Source of the DNA: the human T2T-CHM13v2.0 reference genome, Homo sapiens
Direction: 5' to 3' (one strand)
NCBI RefSeq assembly: GCF_009914755.1
Contig: NC_060927.1
Length of the DNA: 64,000 bases
In this document: positions 52,911-64,000 of the stretch, piece after piece
Numbering within the stretch: position 1 is the first letter of the stretch
Layout of the letters: every line of letters starts with the position of its first letter
The notes under the pieces: model-generated
Seen by the model: the letters and a program-made list of their open reading frames with translations, nothing else
Databases searched by the model: none
Told to the model about the DNA's origin: nothing
Translations under genes and position numbers: made by a program

Positions 52911-53430
52911 TGTATCAATTAGGAATCTTAGGTTACATACAACAGAAAACATCACTCAAAAATTTATTGACTCAAGTAACAGAAGCCTTGAGTTAGGACG
53001 GCCTTCAGGGTTGATAGATCCAGTGGCTTAGCAATCTCACTAAGGAATTTCCTCTCTTCTATTCTCACTCCCTTGCACAGTGCTGACTTTGTTCTAAGGC
53101 TGGTTGGTTGATGGTTGACAGCAGCAGGTGGTGCCTTTGTTTCCCCTTTTGTGTCCAGTGGGTGAGAGGCAATGCTTTTGCCCCAGTGTTCCAAGCAAGA
53201 GACCTTAATTCCCAACGACAGGATGGCTTACATCACATGTCCACTCCTGGACCAATGACTAGATTCAAAGGGTATAACGTTCCGATTGTTCCGAGTCAAC
53301 CAGGGTCTGCCCCTGGTGCTGAATGGGGTGGAGTCAGCTTCCTGGAGTGGGAGGGTGGATAACTAAACAAGACTGTGGACACTGATAGGGTGGAGAGTGG
53401 CTGCGCGAGAGGCAACCAGCAATATCTACT
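52911..53430 (-). mobile_element. Old MLT1 (K/L-type) LTR
   Basis: tgtatcaattagga…caacagaaaac…tttattgactca…catcacatgtccactcctggaccaat. Confidence 0.65.
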
Positions 53431-53919
53431 GCAGCAGAAAATCACAGTTTAGACAAGCCATCAGTAGGAAGAGAGGGCTGAGACTGAGCAGTGTAGTCTG
53501 AGTTTGGGGGCTGCTGAATATCCCAGTGTGACTACATAAAAAGTAGAGTAGCATCTTTGTGCCTCTCTTTACCTGGTGTATGAGTTTCCTCTCTAGGTCT
53601 TTAATTTGCTTTCCACAACTCTTCAGATTAGAGACCTTCATGTTTGAGTCAGTATCCCAATAACTCCACTGGACAGATTCAGGAGATCTGTCAATCTCAT
53701 GCAATTAAATGCAAAGCTGGATGTATTTGCACATTTTTCTGGGACACAACAGAAGGCTGGCACCCTATTGCCTCCTTGCTGATCAGCCTACCCTGATTCC
53801 TGCCCACCTGTATCCTGGACACAAACACATACCTCTTTCTGCTTCTACCAATTTCCATGGGGTTGACCTAGTATATACTTGATCCTTTCACGTTCGTTGA
53901 CTTTAAACCAATGAGGAAA

Positions 53920-54930
53920 GGACAGATGGTTGATAAATGGAGTTGGGTTATCTAGCTAAATATTTAGAAAAGATAAGCCTTGCAATTTCTACACAAAAAT
54001 AGATTCCATATGGTGTAAGAGAATAAATGTAAAAAGTTTTACCAAGAACATACTAGAAGACATTATACTTGAATAACAATATAATTTTTAAAGTATGAAA
54101 GGAATTCCTTAACATAAGCTCAAGGGCAGTTATCTTAAAAGAAAATTATGTAGGGATTAAAAACCTCTGAACATCAAAAAGAAGCATAAACGATTAAAAA
54201 GCAAATAAACTAAAAAAATATGAAACGTGTGTGGCCAAGGATTAATGTAATTAATCTATAAAAACATCCTTATAAGTCAGTAACAAAAGATGAATTTTCC
54301 AAAAGAAACATGGGCTACAGACATGAACAGTTAGTTTACAAAAGATGAGTTACAAAGTACTAATAAAAACAAATAAAAATGTAAAAACCTTCCATCTTAC
54401 AACAGAAGTAAGAAAATAAAAACAATGAGATTTTTCTTTAAAATTGTAACAGTCAATAAAAGAAAGCTATAAGGAAATGAACCAGGGTATAGTCTACTGA
54501 TGGAGTTTAAATTAGCACCACATTTTTTAGACTGCCATGGTAGTTTTTAGCTTGTAAAACTATAAAGTATCAAAAACCTTAAAAATGTGTGTTTTTTGAT
54601 TTAGCAATTCCACGTTTGGAAATTTAGTGTAATAAAATAGTCACATAGACAAAAATGTAGGTTCAAGGATATTTATTATAATGCTTTTTGTTTAGTGAAA
54701 AATGGGAACATTCCACTGTTTACTAAAAGCATGTTGATTGAAGAAATTATGGCCCACTTTTACAATGAAATGCTGTGACTATCACAAATAATTTTAAAGA
54801 AATATGTCCAAAGACATGGAAATATGCTGAAATACATTATTGAGTGAAGAATGGGAGTCATGAAATAGAAGTACCATGATCCTTCTCTTACAGTATGTAT
54901 TTATATACAGAGATACACAGAAAATAATCT
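53920..54930 (+). mobile_element. Ancient L1ME 3' portion
   Basis: gaataaatgtaaaa…tgggctacagacatgaacag…gatttagcaattccac…caaggatattt…caatgaaatgc. Confidence 0.65.
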
Positions 54931-54936
54931 TCTGAG

Positions 54937-55252
54937 CAACACTGTCCAACAGAAATATAATGCAAACCACAAATATATTTTTATGTTTCCTAGTAGCCAC
55001 ATTAAAAAGATAAAAAGAAACTAATATAACAAATAATATGTTTTATTTAACCTAATATATTAACAATATTTTAATTTCAACATGTAATCAATCCTAAAAT
55101 TATTAATGAGATATTTCATATCCTTTTTCCATATTAAGTCTTTAAAATCTGATGTGCATTTTCCTCTTACAACACATCTAAATTCAGACTAGCCACATTT
55201 CAAGTGCTTAATAGCCATGTGGGACTAGTGGTTATTAATTTGGAGAGTGCAG
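54937..55252. mobile_element. MER33 (hAT-Charlie)
   Basis: cactgtccaacagaaatataatgc…tagtagccacattaaaaa…ttcagactagccacatttcaagtgcttaatagcca. Confidence 0.83.
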
Positions 55253-56358
55253 ATCTAGAATTATATTCACCAAGCTGTTAACAGCAGTTGGAATAATTAG
55301 TGTCCTTTTTTGTTTTTTTCTGTTATTTGTATTTTCTGGAATAATCATGAACTACATTTTTAATAGGAAAAAATGAGCAAAGAAACTTTTCTATTTGCTG
55401 AAAAGAGGGAGTAAAAATAATAATTTTAATGTCAGACCAAGCAGAAGCAGAAAAGAGAATCCACTGCATTGATTACATACTCCCAAAGAGTGGAACAGAG
55501 CTCCTGAGATCTCCACAGGTAAACCCCCAGTATAGTACACCCCATGAGGGTGCTTAGTTATTTCAGGGAAACTGGAATTTTGTTCAAGCAAAATTACTGA
55601 TTTTAAAAATGGCTATCACCTAAACTTTGGAAATGAGAGTAATTCTACAGACGTGTGGTGAGAAAAACATTTGAAACCTTTCTCCATGTGGATGGTAATC
55701 TTAAATGAAGAATTGGAAGAATCCTGCAATACACTTGTCCATTAAGCCAGATTGGTGGGTGGAATTATTCCAGAAGAGATAACATAAAAATAGAATCATT
55801 ATTTAATTACAATTCAATTATTCAGATCTCTTCACATCATGTATACTTTAAATGAAGAGCTAGAAACAGCTTATTCTAGTCATTAGGATACACATGTAAC
55901 ACAGGTAGTGATTCCCCTCCAGCTGTAAGCCTGTGAAATCCAGCAAGGGACCCACATGAAGCAAAGTAGGTAAGCTGAGGAACTAATAGCATTCTTGCAA
56001 ATAAGCTTGTTTTTCCAATTTTGGGTCTGCCAATTAGTTTTCTTTAACTATCCCAAGGGTTAAAGATAAATAAGCTGTAAATTCCGTATTTTATTTGCTG
56101 GTGCCTCCACAAGGTCTAGCAGAGGACCTAGTATATGACAAAAGCTTGTTACTAATTTACTTAATAGCACTATTTAGTGACTATCTATTGCATGTCAGAC
56201 CCTGTTATGCTTGGAATACATCAGGGAACAAACAAGACAAAAATCCCTCATGGAGCTTCCATTCTAGTGAGGTGAAATAGATACTAAACAATATACATGA
56301 TAAATAAGTAAATTACATAATATATTATAAAGTGATAAATGCCATGAAAAAAATAGAG

Positions 56359-59335
56359 GTGACTACACACTCATGTTCATTGTAACATTATTCACAACAG
56401 CTAAGAGATGAAAGCAACCTAAGTGTTCACTGATGGATAAATGGATAAACAATATGTGAGTAGATAGATATGTAGATAGACAGACACATATTTATGTACA
56501 ATGTGTCTCAGTCTGTTCCTGCTGCTATAACAAAATTCCTTAGACTGGGTTATTTATAAACAACAAATTTAGTGCTCTTAGGTCTGGAGGCTGAGAATTT
56601 CAAGATCAAGCTGCCAATACATTCAGTGCCTAGCGAAGGTTTGCTCTCTGCTTCAAAGGGGGTGGCTTTCAGCTATGTCCTCATATGGCGGAAGGGGCAA
56701 ACACTGTGTTCTCATATGGTGGAAGGGCAGACAGCTCCCTTCAACCTCTTTTATAAGGGTATTAATCCTATCCATGAGGGCAGGGCCGTTATGAGAATCA
56801 TTTTCCAAAAGCCTCCACTTCTTAATACTATCATATTGGATATTAGATTTCAACATATACATTTTGGGGGAAATACCAACAAGCAGATGAAAGCATTCTG
56901 GCCCCCTGAGTTTAGTCCTTCTCACATGCAAAATACATTTATTCCATTCCAATAACCCCAAAAGTCTTTGCTTCAACATCAATGCAAAAGTCTAAAGTCC
57001 ACAGTCTCATTCAAATATCATCTAAATCACATAAGACTCAAAGGTGTGATTTATCCTGAGGCAAATTCCACTCCAACTATGAGTCCGTGAAATCTAACAA
57101 GTTATGTGCTTCTAAACTACAATGGTGGGGTAGACATAGGGCAGGCTTTTCCATCCTAAAAAGGAGAAACAGGAAAGAATGGAGGCCTAACAGGTCCCAA
57201 CCAAATTTAAAACTCAACAGGGCAAACATTAAATCTCAATGTTCCATAATAATCTTCTTTGACTCCATGTCCCGCTTTCTGGACACACAGGTGGGGTTTG
57301 GTCTCCCAAGGCTCTGGGTGGCCCTGCTGCTATGGGTTCCTGGGTGTGGCAGCTCTCACAGATTGGAGTTTTGTACCTGCAGTTCTTCCAGGCTGGGGTT
57401 GCACAATGGGGGCTCTATAGTTCTGGGGTATTGGGAATAGCCCTGACCCCCATGGCTTCACCAGGCATTGCCTTAGTGGGGACTTTCTGAGGTGGTCCCA
57501 CCCTCAGGGTTCCACTGGGTATTGCCCTAGTTGGGGCTCATTATAGTGGTTCCACCCTTGCTGTGGTTCTCTTCCTGGGCCTTGAGGCTCTTTGGGGCAT
57601 CCTTCCAAATCTAGGTGAGGGTAGCCATCCCTTGACAGCTCATCCACCCCTGCACCCTGGTGGAGATGGAACCTCATAGATGCTGCCAAGGTTTACCACC
57701 TGTGCTTTCTGGAAGGGCTGGACAAGCTGCACCTACTTGAGTCACAAGTGGAGTGGCCAAGGAGTGCTGCACTGTAGTCAAGGGAGTGGAGCCTCGAAAT
57801 CATTCTGCTCTCAAGGCCCAGATATTCTGGGCCTGTGATGGGTAGGGCACCCCTCAAAGATCTCCAAAATGACTTTGAGGTCATTCTTGCATTGTCATAA
57901 AGAATAGCACTAGGCTTCTGCCCACCCATATTAATCTCTTTATCAAATGGTCACTTGGCCATGCCCTTGGTGGTATCTCCCAAACATGCCTTTCCATTCT
58001 TTACAATATGGCCAGGCTGAGAATTTTCAAAAATCTTTAAGTTTTGCTTCTCTTTTGATTATTAATTCCATCTTTAATTTTTTTTGTTTCTTCTTCCATT
58101 TTACTATAAGTAGTCAAGAGCAGCCATGCCACACCCCCAACACTTTTCTAAGAGATTTCTTCCACCAACTATTCTATTTCTGCACTCACAAGCTCTGCCT
58201 TCCACAAAACACTAGGACATAAATACAATTTAGCCAAGTGATCACTGATCCTTTATAACAAGGATCACTTTTCCTCCAGTTTTTAATAATATGTTTCAAT
58301 TTCTGTCTGAGACTTCATGAGAACGGTTTTTATCATCCCTATTTCTACCAATATTCTAATCATGATCTCTTAGGTAATCTCTAAGAAGATTGAGGCATTC
58401 TCTATGGCTCTCTTCTTTTTTTGAGCCCTCACACTAATCACCCTTATGCTCTGTTCACAGCAACGTGGCTTTTTTCAGCATGCACCGCCAAACTCTCAGT
58501 CTCTACCCATTACCCAGTTCCAAAGCCATTTCTACATTTTCACATTTTTAGCTGTTTGTTATAATAGCACCCCACTTCTCAGTACCAATTTCTGTCTTAG
58601 TTCAGGCTACTATAACAAAATACTTTAGATTGAGTAATTTACAAACAACATAGACTTATTGCTCACAATTCTGGAGGCTGGAAATTCCACAATCAAGGTG
58701 CCAGAAGATTCAGTGTCTGGTAAGGTTTCACTCTGCTTCATAGATCTGGCCTTCTGACTGTGTCCTCACATGGCCTAAGGGCAAGTCAGCTCCCTTCAAC
58801 CTCTCTTATTTATAAGGACACAAATCCCATTCATGAGGGTGGAGCCTTCATGGTTTAATCACTTCTCCAAAGGACCCATCTCTTAATACTCTCACACTGG
58901 ATACTAGGTTTCAACATATGCATTTCGGGGGGACACCAACATTCAGACCATAGTACAGTGGGATATTATTCAGCCTTAAAAAGGAAGGAAATTCTGACAC
59001 ACACTACAACATGGAGAAACCTTGAGAAAAATATACTAAGTGGAATAAGCCAGACACAAAAGAATGAGTACTATATGATTCCACTCATAAAATACCTGGA
59101 GTAGTCAAATTCATAGAAACAGAAAGTAGAATGATGGTTGTCAGGGGCTGGAGGGGGAGGAAAAGGGGAGTTGTTGTTTAATAGGCACAGAGTTTCAGTT
59201 TTTCAAAATGAAAAAGTTCCGAATATTAGTTAAAACAATGTGAGTTACTTAACACTACTGAACTGTACACTTAGAAATGGTTTAAGATGGTACATTTTAT
59301 ATTAAGCACTTTTTGCCACAATTTAAAAATATTTG
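56359..59335 (+). mobile_element. L1MB 3'-end fragment split by the MaLR provirus
   Basis: catgttcattgtaacattattcacaac…ggataaacaa[MST]…atattattcagccttaaaaaggaaggaaattctgacac…actgaactgtacactt; TSD aaaaatagag at 56349-56358 and 59336-59345. Confidence 0.82.
56504..58955 (-). mobile_element. Complete MaLR provirus (MSTD/MSTC-like): LTR 58593-58955, internal 56896-58592, LTR 56504-56895
   Basis: Two homologous LTRs in the same orientation, a MaLR internal region ending cccacttctcagtaccaatttc, and TSD caatg/cagtg (56499-56503 and 58956-58960). Confidence 0.88.
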
Positions 59336-59903
59336 AAAAATAGAGAGTAGGACCGGGGTGCTGAGGGCAGGGGGCTCAGGGAGGTCTCAATTTTAATGGA
59401 GTGGTTAGGATAGGCCTCATTGTGAAAGTAACATTTCAGTGAAGATTTGAAGGAAGGAGGGGATGGCCACATGGCTCTCTGGAGGATACTTACATTCCAG
59501 GCATAGAGAACAGACAATGCAAAGGAGAGGCCTTGGCCTCATATGTGTGAAGAATGGCAAGGAAGCTGATTACGATTGGAGAGGAGTGAGAGGAGGGGAG
59601 AGGGAGATGAGGGTAGTCAGGTGATGGGAGCCAGGTCATGAAGGGCCCTGTACAACATTGTAAGGACTCTGGTTTTTTGTCTGAGATGGGAGCCATTGGA
59701 GAGTCCTTAGCTGAGGGGTGACAAAATCTAACTTAGGTTTACAGGGGATCGCTCTAAACAAGGGAAAGGGTGGAAGCTGGGAGACCATTTAGGAGACTGT
59801 TAGAATGGCAAAAATGTTGCTTTAATAAATAAATGAATGAAGAAACAGATAAATAAATGGAAACCATAAAATTAGGGAATTTTGAAGCTGTTATGTATTA
59901 TTG

Positions 59904-60641
59904 TGTAGTGAAGAATTAACTTTACCCAAAGCAAGTTCTGTTCTTTGTCCTCAGCTGCTAGAAGCTGATCTCTAGGTCCCTTGAATGTCTTGTTTCATAG
60001 AAGTATTTTTGTTTGCCAGGGGTTTTTAGCCACTGGACAGCCTAATAATGCAATATGATGGGGACTTTGGCCCATGCCGTATCAGTTCTGATCTTTTCCC
60101 AGTTTCAGTTTAAGAACTGGAAACTAAAACTTTTAGCCCCAATCTCCAGGAGAGGCAGAGGGACTAAAGATCAGCTAACATAGGCAATATGTGATCAAAC
60201 CCCAATAAGAACACTGGACAGTGGAACTCAGTTCAGCTTCCCCAGTTGGCAGTACTCTTGAGTATTATCACTAATTGTAGTTGGGAGGAGGTAACATTAT
60301 CAAGGACTCCCCAGGAGATGACTGACAGTTTTCTGTTTGGGAAGCTCCCAGATCTTGGCCCTACGTATCTCTTTCTTTGGCTTGTTCTGACTTGTATCCT
60401 TTTGTTATAATAAAACCATAATTGGAAACATAGCTCTTTCCTAAGTTCTGTGAGTAGTTCTAGCAAATTGTCATGCCTGAGAAAGTCTGTGGGTAGGGAC
60501 CCTTGAATTTGTAGCCAGTTGGTCAGAAGTGAGGGTGGCCCTGAAGCTCTCTAAACTTTCAGCTGGTATCTGAATTTTGAGCAGATGTGGTAGTTGTGTT
60601 GGAAGACTGTGCCCTTAACTGTGAGTTTGGCAAACTCATTG
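59904..60641 (+). mobile_element. MER21-type (ERVL) LTR
   Basis: tgtagtgaagaattaactttacccaaag…tctctaggtcccttgaatgtc…gagttctgtgagt…agttggtcagaagtgagggtggcc. Confidence 0.75.
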
Positions 60642-60715
60642 CAGCTATGTATTTTATTACAGTGGCTACTGAACTATATCATATGCATTCTATCACAAAT
60701 TGTCACTTCCTGGAT

Positions 60716-60940
60716 CAGAAGTTTGCTAATTACAGCCCATAGGCAAAATATGGCCCATTGTCTATTTTTACAAATAAAGTTTTATTAGAAAACAGCTATG
60801 CTCATTCCTTTATGTATTGTCTGTGGCTGCTTTCATGCTACAACAGCAGAGCTGAGCAATTGTGGCAGAGATGATACTGTCTGCAAAGCCTAAAATATTT
60901 ACTGTCTGGCTCTTCATAAAAAAAAATTTGCCAGTTGCTG
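60716..60940. mobile_element. MER58A (hAT-Charlie)
   Basis: aaataaagttttattagaaaacagc…tattgtctgtggctgctttcatgctacaacagcagag…gcaaagcctaaaatatttac. Confidence 0.85.
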
Positions 60941-60944
60941 CTAC

Positions 60945-60967
60945 TGACCTGGACCTGACCTTGACCT
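60945..60967 (-). promoter_or_regulatory. Triple AGGTCA nuclear-receptor half-site array (DR0 + DR5)
   Basis: TGACCT at 60945-50, 60956-61 and 60962-67. Confidence 0.35.
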
Positions 60968-61197
60968 GGGAATTGGGAGTATGAACTCAGAGGGTCACTA
61001 AATATGGACATTGTCTTTCACAGGACAACATTTTCATGATGGTTCATACAGGACAAGGAAAGTGAGGCACAGTAATGGATTCAGCAAAAGAAGGGCAAAT
61101 TGCTAGTTAAGTGTGGCACTATTGCTCTATTAATGTAAAATGACAGCTGTCAAAACTGGCTTCCGCCTTGACCTCTGTCATCAAAATATATTCTATA

Positions 61198-61500
61198 GGC
61201 CAGGTGCCGTGGCTCATACCTGTAATCCCAGCACTTTGGGAGGCCAAGGCAGGTGGATTACTTGAGGTCAAGGGTTCGAGACCAGCCTGGCCAACATGGT
61301 GAAACCTGGTTTCTACCAAAAATACAAAAACTAGCTGGGCATGATTGTGCATGGCTGTAACCCCAGCTACTCAGGAGGCAGAGTCAGGAGAACTGCTTGA
61401 ATCCAGGAGGCGAAGGTTGCAGTGAGCTGAGATTATGCCACTGCACTCCAGCCTGGGCGACAAGAGCGAGACTCCATCTCAAAATACATACATACATACA
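61198..61500 (+). mobile_element. AluS (Sx/Sz/Sq-like) with (TACA)n tail
   Basis: Full dimer ggccaggtgccgtggctca…gagactccatctc; degenerate TSD atat.ctata. Confidence 0.93.
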
Positions 61501-61989
61501 TATATATATCCTATAGAAGGATTCTTTTTTTGGTCCCCATGACTCACATCTCTAATTTTAGGCTTAGCAATGATGGTAATTTACATTAAATTTTCTACAA
61601 ACCTTGCCAACAACTAACATAATAGGTGTTCACTTCTTTTAAACAATGCCAACTGGAGTCATTGAGTCTGAAGATTGGCTCAAATTCCATTCTGAATCCT
61701 GTAGAAAGTGAAATGCCACCTGATATTCTACCAGGACTCTGGAAGTTATGTCCAGAGGGTCACTCACACCGAGCACCTGTCTCTGCTGAACTAGTTATGT
61801 TCTGGGTTTCTCTTCCCCCCCATGTATGAGTTGTTCCCAGCCTGCCTCCTTGAGCCATCTCTGACACTCATCCACTTTTAGACTCACAGAAGATTGTTTC
61901 AGGTTTATAAGAACACGCTGAAAGTTAGGAAAGGCAGAAGAACTTGACGTGGCAGTCAACATCGGCAACTTACAAGTAAATACTACAGC

Positions 61990-62900
61990 ACTACGTTTCC
62001 CAAACTGTGTGCGGAGACACCTTGAGATGCTGTAGCCAACTTACGGAAATGCTATGAGGGGGCCGGCCATGGTGGCTCACGCCTTTTTAAATCCCAGCAC
62101 TTTGGGTTTTTCGCCATGTTGCCCAGGCTGGTCTCGAACTCCTGAGCTCAAGCAATCTGCCGAGGAGCTTGAGACGAGCCTGGGCAACATGGCGAAGCCC
62201 CGTCTCCAAAAGATACAAAAATTAGCCGGGTGTGGTAGCACACACCTGTAGCCCTAGCTACTAGGGAGCATGAGGTAGGAGGATGGCTTGAGCCCAGGAG
62301 GTGTAGGTTACAGTAAGCTGAGATAGCACCACTGCACTCTAGCCTGGGCAACAGAGCCAGACTTTGTCTCCAAAAAAAAAAAAAAAATACAAAGAAAAGA
62401 AATTCTATGAGGTATTTTACATTTTCAAGGTAAACAAAGCGATATTCAGTATCTCTTAGGTACTGGAGCAGAAGTTGTTAGCTCAAAGTAGTTCACTGTT
62501 TCAACAGTAGATTGCGGCACATCCTTTCAATGATATCTTTGTGAATCTGGATATTCAGGGTTACTGAGATAAAAAGCAAGCACTGAGTGAAAATCAACAT
62601 GGAACAGGAAATGAGGGTGGGGGGTGTCCAATCTTAGTCCAAAGTTTGAGAGGTGTGCACATCCAGTGTACACATATGTGATTAATAAATCATTGTAGTT
62701 ATTTAACAATAAAGTAACATTATTTTTATTTAAATTTACATTATTATTTCAAACCACAATTAAGTTGTTAGGACATATTAAGCTGGTTGGGTTTGCTACT
62801 TAATAAAGGAACTGTTCTTTCTTGTGGCCCAGGGGACACTATGAAAAAATGCCAGAGGCACCAAGGAAGCTGTGAACCAAGAAAGTTTGGGAACCCGCTG
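61990..62900. mobile_element. MER119-like hAT-Charlie element interrupted by AluJ
   Basis: Termini gtttcccaaact… / …agtttgggaacccgctg; internal gtagttcactgtttcaaca…gataaaaagcaag…gaaaatcaacatggaacaggaaatgagggtgg. Confidence 0.72.
62061..62398 (+). mobile_element. AluJ with an internal inverted duplication in the left arm
   Basis: TSD gaaat(g/t)ctatgagg at 62046-62059 and 62399-62412; 62104-62160 is antisense Alu embedded in a sense Alu. Confidence 0.9.
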
Positions 62901-62984
62901 TTATAGTAATTAACACTGTTGAAAACAAGTCACTGGGTGATTTCTACCATCTTAGGTGTCAGCTCCTGGCTAAGGGGCTAGGCG

Positions 62985-63777
62985 TTTATTTTCTTTCTCT
63001 GCCGTGTTTCTGTTTCCCAGCTGCTATTTGCTTCCCATGCAGAACCCTTTAGTCATCTTGTCTGTTTCCCTACCTCCTTTCAGACCATGCCCTCAGGGCG
63101 CTGCTCCCTTCCACCCTCCAACAGCTTATCAAGGTATTTCCCTAAACAGAGACAATTTCCTCTCTAAAGAAATTCTTTTACCAGCATAAAAAAAAACAAA
63201 CTTATTCTTCTAGTATAAATTGCTGTGCTATGGGCCTTGAATCACCAGAGCACTGGCACTCAAGGACAGGGTGAAAGGAAGGCCAAATCGAAGGTAAAAT
63301 TGGTGAATAAAGGCAGAGAACGGGCCTAAGAAAAAGTTGATTGCTTCACAATTTTACTGTGACCACAAGCTGTGTGCCCAAAACACATTTAAATCTGTCC
63401 AGAGTCCAGATACAGAGCATGTAACAGATAAAATCTTTTTCCTTAACTCTGTAAACTGAATATTTTGTAACCTCAAAAGGCAGGATTTTACATCATTGCG
63501 ATGCTTTATTTCTTCCTGTAATTAAATATACTGGTATAAGCTGTGAGAGCAAAAGCTGGAAATTTAGTCCAGCGGATATGTCTGTTTTCTCAAACATTTT
63601 AATGAAATTTTTCTTGATCATCATCTTTGGGCTCGGAGCATACACACCAACCACTCCTTGCCTTGCTTTATCCTTTATTCCATTCTTATTTCAGAAGAAC
63701 ATTATACAACTTTGCCGATCTGGGAGTGTGGGGGAAAAACGACTGATTCTTTTATGAGAGCAGATTGGTCCTGGCAT
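62985..63777 (-). other. Putative 3'UTR with alternative AATAAA poly(A) signals
   Basis: Repeat-free segment after the stop codon; TTTATT on the + strand at 63674-79, 63505-10 and 62985-90. Confidence 0.45.
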
Positions 63778-63886
63778 TTATGAAGCCCTGACTGCACTGA
63801 GGTCCAATGAATGAAAATATCCGTGTTCTCTCCACCTCCGGCTAGCTGCAGCAATATCCTCTTCCACATCCATCACTGTCTCATGC
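63778..63886 (-). CDS. Probable terminal coding exon of a minus-strand gene extending beyond the window; encodes HETVMDVEEDIAAASRRWREHGYFHSLDLSAVRAS*
   Basis: Unique sequence. Acceptor …TTTTGTGTGTCTATCATTCTGTCAG|G at 63887/63886; 1 nt plus 35 sense codons plus TAA; the other two frames close within 4 codons; AATAAA signals downstream. Gene not recognised. Confidence 0.6.
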
Positions 63887-64000
63887 CTGACAGAATGATA
63901 GACACACAAAATCATTCCTTATTGTAGTAGAGATCTCTCACCCAAATGGTTTTCTGGTAGTTACTCTGACTCAACTCTGGCCAACAGGCTCCTGTAAAAT

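Larger units (their letters stand above)
56150..59800 (-). mobile_element. L2 split by a nested L1MB and MaLR provirus
   Basis: ctatttagtgactatc…tcatggagcttccattctagtg…aaagtgataaatgccatg, resuming at about 59340 with taggcctcattgtgaaagtaacattt…cattccaggcatagagaacag…gggagccattggag. Confidence 0.75.

Noticed and set aside
57650-57665. CTCF-like motif (CCACCAGGGTGCAG, minus strand)
   Set aside because: Mismatch in the core and located inside MaLR internal sequence; insufficient without ChIP data.

Overview
Primate (very probably human or great ape) genomic DNA, mostly intergenic and made of nested transposable elements: Alu J/S/Y, L1PA/MA/MB/ME, L2, MIR, MaLR and ERVL LTRs, Tigger2, MADE1, and hAT MERs. 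Repeat subfamily names come from recalled consensus sequences, not from a RepeatMasker run. Only two unique-sequence genic signals stand out. One is a CpG-enriched, motif-dense promoter/enhancer-like element at about 1-660. The other is a probable minus-strand terminal coding exon at 63886-63778 (…HETVMDVEEDIAAASRRWREHGYFHSLDLSAVRAS*) with its 3'UTR; I could not name the gene. Nearly all entries in the ORF track are chance ORFs or repeat-derived. I found no new protein-coding system. The most interesting structures are scars of retrotransposition and repair: (i) a TSD-flanked, poly(A)-tailed insertion with no young-L1 body and a twin-priming 5' inversion (39763-40256); (ii) an L1PA with a 3' transduction inside a near-complete Tigger2; (iii) a perfect 32-bp palindromic minisatellite in an old L1; (iv) an Alu with a template-switch hairpin; (v) an unexplained 24-bp inverted repeat; (vi) a composite DR5/DR0 AGGTCA element; (vii) a (GGGGCT)7 G-quadruplex tract.
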